A DNA stretch of 64,000 nucleotides from contig NIVC01001196.1 in NCBI GenBank assembly GCA_002269645.1, forward strand, positions 62,001 through 126,000, in the 5' to 3' direction. The position numbers and the translations under genes were made by a program. Each line of letters starts with the position of its first letter. Within the stretch, counting starts at the first letter, position 1. Under the pieces are notes generated by a model that was not told the origin of the DNA, made no database searches, and was given only the letters and a program-made list of their open reading frames with translations. Positions 1-10,100 of this stretch are shown piece by piece. The stretch is from Macrostomum lignano. Its lineage: Eukaryota.

Positions 1-81
1 CAGATCCCTACAAATCCCTGGAAGTCTGGTAAGTCTTCAGTGCATTGCTTTTATCTGCATGCAGCAGCAATACTTCAAATT

Positions 82-168
82 TGACTGACTGACTGACTGA
101 CTGACTGGCTGACTGACTGACTGACTGACTGACTGACTGACTGACTGACTGACTGACTGACTGACTGA
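82..168. repeat. (GACT)n microsatellite
   Basis: About 21 near-perfect GACT units read directly from the sequence. Confidence 0.95.
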
Positions 169-589
169 TTTATTAGTTATCTAATTCAATTATTAGTTTA
201 TTGTTGACACGAAGAGTACGAGACGAAACGCCAAGGAGCGGATAATTATGCGAAAACGAGAGCGAGGTGACAATTTAAATTGGCGTGGAATTCCGAATTA
301 TTTAAGATTTAAGACGCTAACGACGTCGTACATTTTAAGCTGATTTTTAAGATAAAATTAGTTAAATTGCGAATGTCTAGTAACGGCTGGAAAGAGGGCG
401 ATTTCGGGGCAGTGGTAGTGCGAGGACATCATAAATTTATCTAATAAATTAAACTGAAGGTATATTTTTTTCGAAGATTATATAATTCTTTGAAATGTGA
501 ATTACTTCGTACGAGCAGCAAAAGCAAAAACTAGTAGTTTTTTATTTTTTAGTTAGCATATTATTTTTCAATCCAATTGAAAAGGTAAC

Positions 590-2110
590 TGCAGGTGGAT
601 GTTCACCTGCCTCTGCTCAAGGGGGGATTGGCTTCCTGCTCTTCCCAGAAGATTCGTGATCGCTCCTCTCGATCAAAGTTTTCTCTGAGCGCATCGGTCA
701 TGCGACTCTTTAGCTCTGGAGGACATGCGCATCAATTTCATCTGTGTGTATGCGCTAAACGCACCACACATTTCCTCTGACCCATCTGAAACTGAGTGCT
801 TCTACAACCAACTAGATGCTCTGATTGACCAGCTGGCCTCCCTGGAGCTCATCATTGTCACCGGCGACTAAATGTCAACACAGTTTTTCTTTGTGAATTC
901 ATTCACTCTCTCGCGACCTGATGACGGCAAGTGGCTGCCTTCGCCAACGTCTCAGTGTTCTGATTTTTCATGGCCAATTAGTCGCAACACCCGACTCAAC
1001 TGGATTCTCTGCCCAATGTCGCAGAGAGCTCGTCTCCGGGCCATTCGTATCATCACCCTGAAATGCACCCCACCCAACCACACTTTCCTGTGCTGCAGAA
1101 TGTGCGTACGCTGGCATCTCTTCGGAAAGCCGGTGCGCCAGTCCCCTGTCCCACTAGGGTGCACTTTACAACCCTGAAATAAAATCATTTTCCTGCAGCA
1201 ACTCAAGGACTCGAAGCTCCAACTACGAAAGCTTCTCTGTAGCAGTCGCTTCCTCGGCAGCAGCCCTACCCAGGAGGCAACCGTAGCAATTTGGTGCACT
1301 TTAGAAGCCCGGCAAGGAATGCAAGCCGCAGTTACCCGGCATGGCACTACCAGCAGTGCTTCCTTCCACTGCGGCTGAAGCGCTGCAAACTGCCCACATC
1401 CAAGCTGCTGAGCGCCTACGCCGACAGCCTGGCGCTGACCTATTGCACCCCAAAGCTGCACAGAGGGCGGTGAGTCGGCTGGCTGGCGAGGGGAAGCGCG
1501 TGGGACTCCACATCAACTACGTTGAGACAGAGGTGCTGCATATTGGCATTTTCAACCCTTTTTCACTGTTTAGACAGTCGACGTAACGCCGAGTTCGCGC
1601 TTGACCTCGCCGGTAGGGTGCCTGCAGCGTGAGCAGCAGCACCTCCTCCACCGGCTGTGGGCAGTACGACTCGGCGCGGATGAGATGGCCTGCGACTGTC
1701 TGCTGGCTGACGCCGGCGCCCCGGACACTGTCGGTGGCGCGGCCTTTGTTCGCGTCCAAGCCATGAAGCGCGCCCTGTGACGCTGACTTTTGCCATCCTG
1801 AGAGCGTATTTTGTTGTTTGTTGTTGTTCACTGCTTATTCTACCGGACGGCAACACTAACGCCCCGAGAAACCAATTCAAGTATCTGGGCGTGCTGATCC
1901 CTGACCCGGATGCCATTGTCAACAACCGCAAGCAGCTGGGGTGGTGGGCCTCCTACCTTTTCGCTCCATCTTCAGCTGTCGGCTCGACAACCTGAAGCTA
2001 GGTTACCATATTCCTCTCATGCTGACCTACGGGCTGGAATTAAGCTGTTCCAATGACTGCCACTGGTGAGGCGAGCTTGAAGGCCTGCCATCGCAACATC
2101 GCTACCATCA
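590..2110 (+). mobile_element. Decayed RTE-like non-LTR retrotransposon, copy 1
   Basis: Fragmented APE/RT motifs across frames: TRLNWILCP, AVSRLAGEGKRVGLHINYVET (RT domain 6-like), FKYLGVLIPD (RT domain 7-like). Many stops and frameshifts. Collinear with the copy at 17570-20930. Confidence 0.75.
1572..1826 (-). mobile_element. Inverted RTE C-terminal fragment inserted in RTE copy 1
   Basis: Minus strand reads YALRMAKVS...AGHLIRAESYCPQPVEEVLLLTLQAPYRRGQARTRRYVDCL, typical of an RTE ORF C-terminus. Flanked by TTCACTGTTT (1562-1571) and TTCACTGCTT (1827-1836). Confidence 0.6.
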
Positions 2111-2113
2111 TAC

Positions 2114-2245
2114 TTCACATGACCTAAATTTTGTATCGCCTAAATTTCATATCACCTGAATTTCATAACGTGTAAATTTTACAACACCGAAAAATCTCTA
2201 CACGCTCCTTCACATACACTTTCAAGCGTTGTGAAATTTATAGGC
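2114..2245. mobile_element. Truncated MITE with subterminal repeats (same type as 21206-21394 and 63618-63774)
   Basis: Repeated TTTCAYA..ACCTAAA-type units with a partial inverted copy (GTTGTGAAATTT). Confidence 0.5.
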
Positions 2246-3561
2246 AAATGGAAAATTGTGGGTAATATGAAGGAGCTAGTGTGCAGATTTTTTATACGTT
2301 GTGAAGTTTAGGTCATATGAAAGCGTCTCTTTTAAATAAGCAAAAAATACAGAAGACGACAGGCATTGTTTACTGTTTCCAAAAAGACACTTCTCTTTGT
2401 CATTCTTTCTTGATTTGTTATGTTGAACAGGAAATTTCTGTATCTTTCGAGTAAACATTAAAATGTTCTTGAAGCTATTTCCACTTTAATTTTTGGAACA
2501 CTCAAACAAATAACGGAGTAAATAGGACGCAATAATAAATAAAAAGCACGGCAAACAAGAATAAAATTTGCAACAAACAATTTCTTTCTCTATAGCTGCA
2601 TGTACTTAATAAATACTATTAGTTGTTTTTAGTGAAATTTCACGTAAGTTAATAAAGAAAACACCAAAACCTCAAAACATTTAAAGCAACTTCAAATTAA
2701 ATAAAAAGTCCAGAAACCTGTGACAAAGATAAAATTCTAAATGTCTAAAAAATAATAAAATATTTCACGCAGGAATTTACACAGAATTGATTATATAGAG
2801 AATACAAAAATACAGTTTGAAAACTGACAATATATATAATACCGGGCGATGACCTTAAAATTAAGGATAATAATATTGTTACGAATTGCTATGAAAGAGT
2901 GGGAGAAGGATTTAAGGGCAAAAAAACTGGTTAAAACTATATTTTCTACTGAAGTACAAAATTCTGGATAAGTATCAAAATTTGATGTGAATTTTAAGCA
3001 GGAGTTTTCACACAGAATCGATACTATAGCTAGTGAATACAAAACGTAAACCTGACGACTTATAACTGGAGGATGACCTTATAATTTTTATAAACTTGTT
3101 ACGAATTGTTATAAAAGGGTGGGAGGTCTGGAGGATGTAAGAACACACTAAAATGATTAAAACAATTTTTTACTCTAGAGTATTAGTGACGCGGACGCCT
3201 CAGACCAAATCATCTGTTGAAGCTAGTCTTTTCAAGTTTCCAAGAGGATGAGTGAGATTCAAATGTTTCAATATTACGAGTAGCTATAGGCGCTATAGAA
3301 TCCTACTGAAAACTAGCTAATTCTCGTAACTCTTCCCTAAACTTGGTCGAAAACTTTAAGCTGTAGCACCAATAGCAGAATATTCATTTCTGTCGAACAA
3401 ACGGATAAAATAAAATTCGGTTTTGAAGCACCATTATTCTTGCAAACCTCTAATAGATCGTAGAGACTAAAAGATGAAAACGTGCCCAGTGTTTTAGTCC
3501 AAGCAACCCCGAGTCCGTCATTTGCATCTCATATTACTCAAGACGCAGCAAATGTGCTGCG

Positions 3562-4157
3562 CTATGCTCTTTGCGGCTTCATGCCAATATAGTCGTAGTC
3601 GTCCTCGTCGGGATTATTCTGGGCAGCTTTGTCGGCTTCTAGATAGTTATAGTCATCTTCGTTCTGAGGGAATGATAATTACGATTTTTTGAGAGCGCCG
3701 TTGTCAACTAAATTTAAATCGAGATAAAAAGGTTTGGTGTAGGAAATATATTTTTGATAGTTACATCTCCCGCAGACGTTGTAGGTCCATATGGACCGGT
3801 GATGCCCTTCAATGTTTAAAAAAACAATAGAAATAATTGACTTCAAGTAATTTTATTGACATATTGTAAGTGAAAAAGTGCATAATTTCCTAATCATTGT
3901 AATTGTTTTACCTCATTATAATAGTTTGTTTGAGTTTTGGGTTGCTTCAGATTCTGACGATACTGAAATGAATAATACAATTTCAAATGCAAAAAATGAG
4001 TATACGCTCGTACTAACAAAATCGAAACACCAATTTAAAATACGCAAATAAACCTTGTAGATGACAGTTCCAACTATTGCAACAGAAACTGCAATTACAG
4101 CCGAGGGAACAGCGATTGCTAAGGCGAGAATATAAGTCGGAAGAGTTTCTTTCGGAT
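3562..4157 (-). CDS. Gene A TM exon and three cytoplasmic-tail exons
   Basis: TM: TYILALAIAVPSAVIAVSVAIVGTVIYK. Tail: YRQNLKQPKTQTNYYNE / GITGPYGPTTSAGD / NEDDYNYLEADKAAQNNPDEDDYDYIGMKPQRA*. Same exon structure in gene B. Confidence 0.8.
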
Positions 4158-7100
4158 CTGAAAAATTATAAATGAAGATATTTGTGCGATTTTGAAAAGA
4201 AATTTTCTTACTGCCCTCTTAGCAAATACATGTAGCACCTATCAAATAAAAACCCTAGCTACAAGTATGTATATACGCAAACGTTTAAATCTTTTCATTT
4301 TTATTGTTTGTTTGAAATGATCGCCTACCATTTTGTGACAGTTTGCCAGTTGTTGTCGACTCCGGAGCAGAGCTGGTATCTGACACAATTTTTGAAGTTG
4401 CTGGCAGACTTGGGCTGCTGATAGCAACCCGTGCTGTGGTTGATGACGCCTGCTTTGAACTGGTTGTTGCTGGTTCTGCGTAAATTTCAAGAGCATTAGT
4501 CACGAGTAATACATCGTAGCACACACCCATATTTCAGAGAACATATGCAAAACATTTTAACGTACCAAAACTATCACCAATGCTGTACTGCAATCGAAAA
4601 CCAAGTCCGTTTGTAGTATTTCTAGCAGCATTTCCAGTTTTAAAAACTACTGTCAAGATGTTCGACAAAGTAAAAAACTTTGTAGGCCATGTGGAGGCGC
4701 CACCTTGAATTGTAACTACGGTGTCGTTTGACCCTTCGTACAAAGCAATAGAGTCAGAGTTGGACGTCAAGTTTAAGTAGATCAAGTTCGCGGAGATTTG
4801 ATTTCCAGGTTTACCGACAAACTGCCATTTGCATGACACTCCGCTTATGTAAGGCAATGTACCTACGCCTTGGTGACTGCTGACCTCACCCCTTACACCA
4901 GTTATCAGCTTGTAGCTTTCGCAAACTGAAGTAAATTTACAAAGCATATCATCTTTGAACTGAATCAGTAAAATTTACGAGTATATAGTACATGCATTGT
5001 ATTTTCCCGCTTCCGTTTGGGTTTGGGTACTGGACTGCCCAGAGCTTGCCGAGTGGGATAGGTGTGAGAGCCATGACCCTTTAGCCGTACATACATTCCG
5101 GGGCGGAAATGGGTGGGCTGGCATCCTACTGACACTCCAGCCCTACGACAAGACGGTGCAGCACTCTGCAAAAGTGCACGGTGTTTCTTGTAAATTATTT
5201 GTATAATTCAGCACTATCACACGTTCGTCCGAACTCATGAACGACACTGTACATTTTTATTTCTCAAAGAGCAAATAACCTTTTTGCAAAGGACAGATAA
5301 GTGTTTACGTTCTGCAGAATATCTCAAATACACTTGTAGTGCCTTGGTTGATCGAGGGAGTTGCAAGGGAGGGAGGGAGGTCGAGGGAGGTTAACACAAG
5401 GGAGGTGCGGATGATGACAGTGCGAGCAGGTAGCCACTCAGCAGCACCAGAGAGGTGGACACGAGTGTGAAGGCGTACAGACACTTTGCAGGCCTGAGTG
5501 AAGACTGCGACGGGGGAAAAGGATTTTGGAGATTGAAAAAATAAATGTAGAGTATACCGCTTTGTCGTACCGGGGGGGGGGTTGCTTCGCTCAGGAGTGG
5601 CTGAATTCGCTTCGCTTCTATATTTCTGTCGAATAGTAATAGTTCACTTTTATTTCACCAAATTAAGCACGCAAAAGGGTTCGAGTGCTAGAGAGGGAGA
5701 GCAGGTAGGGCGGGAGCCCGGCTAGAGCCGGACGTGCACATGATAGGGGATAGTATGGGGCTGGGTAGGGCTAAGCAACGCAGAAAAAGGAGAATCAGGT
5801 GCCTCCGCGGCTAGTAACGTGATTGGACGAGCCCAAACGAGAGAGAAACAGAAAGGGAACAGCCAAAATACAACGAGAGAACTAAAATAAAAACAAGAAT
5901 TGCAGCTGGACAGATGATGGACAGACAAGAATAAACAAGCGGCAGTGAGAGGAATGCAGGCACAGCTCACAACTTAAGTACGTTTAACTACTCTCGTAGA
6001 CACATTTTAGCAGATCCCAATGTACACAATACTCACAGGTATCTGAAGCTTCGTATTTCATCTTGATTCCGAGTGATCGTCGACTACTACTTTTCGGAAT
6101 GTATAAACGCACAGTTAGGACGTTTTCAGTTGTTATAAAATCCCGCATTGTGTCTGAGAAGCTGCTCTCAAGGGTAGCAACTTCAGAACCAAGGACTCCG
6201 TCATACAGAGTGACGCTTTCATAACGAGAAGTAAGGTTAAAAAAGGTAAAACGAGCCACCACTCGCTTTGACGGAGAGACCCTGATCACCCAGTAGCAGT
6301 CCGAGCTGATCAAGAAGCCCATAATGCCTGCAGACGAGTGGCTGGCCAGCTCTCCAGTGTCGTTGGTCAGGAGCTCCGTGCCTTGGCAGACTGGTGGTAA
6401 GTATAGGTCAATAAAAAGTGCTGCTTCAATTGGTGAAAAGGAATTCTTTTCAAGACTGTTACGAGTCTGCATCAATAGTGTCAGTGGTAAAAGCGTTCAT
6501 GAATCTATTATTTGGGCATTGCAACACATTTTACAATTTTAACAAATCAAAACTTAGTTTTATGAGCCAAAACTTAAGTCGCATTAGTTTTATGGAATTA
6601 CGAGGGGTGTTGCAAAAGTTCCGGACTACGCTCGTAGTGTTCGCTAAAGCACAATTCTTATCAGATTTGGATGAGCTTTCACCCATAAACTATTTGGTTA
6701 TTAATAAGTGCCAGGCTAAAATTTTGCATGACTAGGACAAACACAGCCTACATTAGAGCCAAGTTAAGCCTCAGGGTCTATGTTATTTCACACGATTTCA
6801 CTCGGAGAATGAGCCAACCAAAAAACCACTCAGATTTTGGTTCGAAAGAGAGTCAACGTCACTTCATAATGGCATGTCAGCACATGGGTAAGACACCAAC
6901 GCAGACTTTTAACAAAGTTTGCACTGCTTTCGGTGATCATGTGTTGGGTCGTACACAAGTGTTTGCCCATCACCGACTTGCTGCTGATGGTCAAACAAGT
7001 GTCGCTGATACTGCTTGCTCTGGCCGTCCGCGTTCCAGCACAGATGACAACAATGCGGCTGCCGTGCTCCAATATTTGGAGGCAAACCCATCTGCATGTG

Positions 7101-10100
7101 CGCGTGAAGTGGAGAGTGTGTGCGGCATTCACTACTCGTCTATGAGTTGCATTCTCCAACGCCACGGCTGGTCGAAGATTTGTGCTAAGTGGGTGCCACG
7201 AGAGCTGACAGAAGAACACAAAAAAGCACGGGTGCGATGTTCGGCAGACAACTGGGATGTATGGAACTATCTTGGTGTTGAGAACTTCAAGGAGCTTGTA
7301 ATCACAATGGACGAGACATCGCTCCTAATTTTTAATCCACTGACAAAGCAGCAGTCGATGCAGTGGGGGCCAAAGGGACGGCACCCACACAAAGGCCCTG
7401 AAGTCAGCCTGGACCCAGAACATCATGTGCACAGTGTGGTTCGATGCGTGAGGCGTGCTACTCGTTGACTACCTGCCGCAGGGCCAGACAATCAATGCCG
7501 ACTATGTGATTAACCAGCTCGAGCTACTGCGCGCTGCTGTTCTATCCAAGCGCCGAATCATGCGTCAGAAGCCGTTCATCCTTTGGGACAACGCGCGTCC
7601 GCATGCCGCTGCTCGCACTCGCGCCAAGGTGGAAAAGCTGGGCTTTCATCAGCTAAGTCACCCAGCCTACAGCCCCGACCTCGCGATTGCCGACTTCCAT
7701 CTCTTTGGTCCAATGAAGTTGCCAATGCGTGGGCAAGTTTTCACGACACGTCAGGAGGTCATTGACGCCGCTAACGCATCGCTGCACCAGCTGGACTCCA
7801 GCTTCTGGAAGGCTGGGTTTGACAATCTGATCGAACGCTATCAGAAGTGTATAGCATTGAACGGTGAATATGTGGATCGCAACAGTGCAGGGCCAGACAG
7901 AAAGAACGACATCAGTAACAGTGATAGTGATTGTTAGGGATCGATGGCATCTAGAACTTTGATACAGTGATTTATGGTGAAGGGACATTGATTAATTGCA
8001 ACGTGTTTTAAATTGTTGCTTTTTGTTCCACTTGACACTAATAAAACATATTAATGTGTTCCCTAACTGTTTTTGACCAATTGTTTTAGAATATTATCCA
8101 GAAATTTCCTTTGTTATCATTGCATTGAGAAATTTGCCTACAGGAAATCCGGAAACTTTTGCAACACCCCTCGTAGAATGCGCTTGCTTAGTGAAATTAA
8201 ATCAACAACTGAAAGCTTTGCTCACATTTTTCGGTTGTGTAGTACTGTATCTCGAATCCAGAGCCTGTTCCACCCGACATGAAATATACAAGCATCACAT
8301 TTGACTTTGAAACGATAATTCTTGAACTGACAGACTGGAAGTTACTGTGTCCGTAGTATCTTGCGATTAATGGTGAGCCTCGAATTCCTTCAGATATGCT
8401 GATATAATCACTGGAGTAGAGGCTGAATGATGTAATGTGAGCCACTACCCTGTATCCCAATGGCGCGGTAATGGTCCAGTTGCATCTCATATGTCTCAGA
8501 TAGCTAGGGGATGCAGATTTCACCTGGGAGAACAACTTTCCTTGGCTGGCTTGAAGAATTTTCTGACCATCACAGACTGGAAACCGAAGCAACGATTGTA
8601 TTTTTATATACTCTACCCTGGACATCCGCTAATTCTCTGAATAAACTCTCACTTACAGTTCTCCGCAATGCTGTACCGCATTCGTAAGCCGAAGTAATGC
8701 ACACTGTGATCTGTTGTGAACCTGACCCTCATGCTGTTTGTGGTGGATCGGTATCCGATCTCTGTCGGAATAGAAGTGCTGCTGACCAATGTTTCTGAAC
8801 CATCGTATAATGTCACTCTGTCGTAATTATTCTCTATGCTGCTACTAGTAAACCAGGCAACTACTTTTTTGCCTGGTGACACAGAAATTAACCAATTGCA
8901 TCTCATAGAGTTCAAGTAGTGCGTTGTTCCAGCGTTGGTGTGAGTAACCACTTCACCGTTGTCGGAGTCCCATTTCTGAACGCTTGGGCAAGCTAAAATG
9001 AAATGTATGATTTAAAAAACAAATAAAAGTTTCATAATGGGTTTTAATCGTAGTGAATTAGAGAAAGTCACCGAACCTTGCTCGTAATAAAATTGAATAG
9101 AAAATCCGATTGATTCATGAAGATTGTCAGTTGTAAACGAAATATGCGCGTCTCCCGAAGTCACCCAGTGTATGTTTTGGCCGAAATAGGTATTGCAATA
9201 CTGCAAATCTCTATCACTGCCAGGCTCACTGGCAGTTGAGGAAAGATTCGTTACAATTTTTAGACAGTCCCCTTTGCTAAGATAGTAGGTTTCGATAAAG
9301 AGATAGATGTAGAATCCAGGGCGTTTGGGCAGTGTCCACAGGCAGGTTAAATTGGGCGCGTATGGGGACATGCTGGTGGCATTGTAGCCCCTGTGGCTCT
9401 CGATGACTCCAGACTGGTTCGACGAATTTGCATAACTGATCGTGCCGCACGTGTTATTAACGGCTGAAAGCAGGCAGTAGTATTTGTTTTTTACGATATT
9501 TTTATTTTTAGTATAGGACATAGGTGGATTATAGTACGCATATGTATTAGAAAAGTGGTAGTGCAAATGACTTATTTTGTATGGTGCTGTTGCTATGCCT
9601 ATTTTATCGTTAATAACTGTTAATATACCTTTTTGCAATCAATTTCGTCGTTTTTGCGTTCAATTTCGGCGCGAGCGCTAGTGTGCAGTCCAAACAACTG
9701 AGCCATAGACACTGGGCAACTTTTGCGTTCAAATTCGGCCTTTTTGCGTCCTATTTCGGCAGCTTACGGCATCAAGCATACTTGCGGAGACGACTATAGG
9801 CCTGCTTTAGGAGACAAATTTTTCGTCCCACCCTCACTGAATGCGATCGAGTGAGAGTGTCTATGGCAAAAACATTCGAACTGTGCCCACAGTGCGGCCC
9901 ATGTGATTGCGCTGCCGAAATAGGACGCAAAAAGGCCGAATTTGAACGCAAATGTTGCCCAGTGTCTATGGCTCAGTTGTTTGGACTGCACACTAGCGCT
10001 CGCGCCGAAATTGAACGCAAAAACGACGAAATTGATTGCAAAAAGGTATATTTTAAGCATTTGCTATTAAAGTTAATAGACTGCCTCAATGGGCTGTTGA

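Noticed and set aside
3562-3663. Canonical ITAM in the gene A tail
   Set aside because: The two YxxL/I motifs are 14 residues apart, longer than the usual 6-8, and the first is not kept in gene B.
5220-5971. Possible solo LTR in a gene A intron
   Set aside because: Composition is LTR-like and there is a TG start on the minus strand, but I found no matching CA end with a TSD and no second copy.
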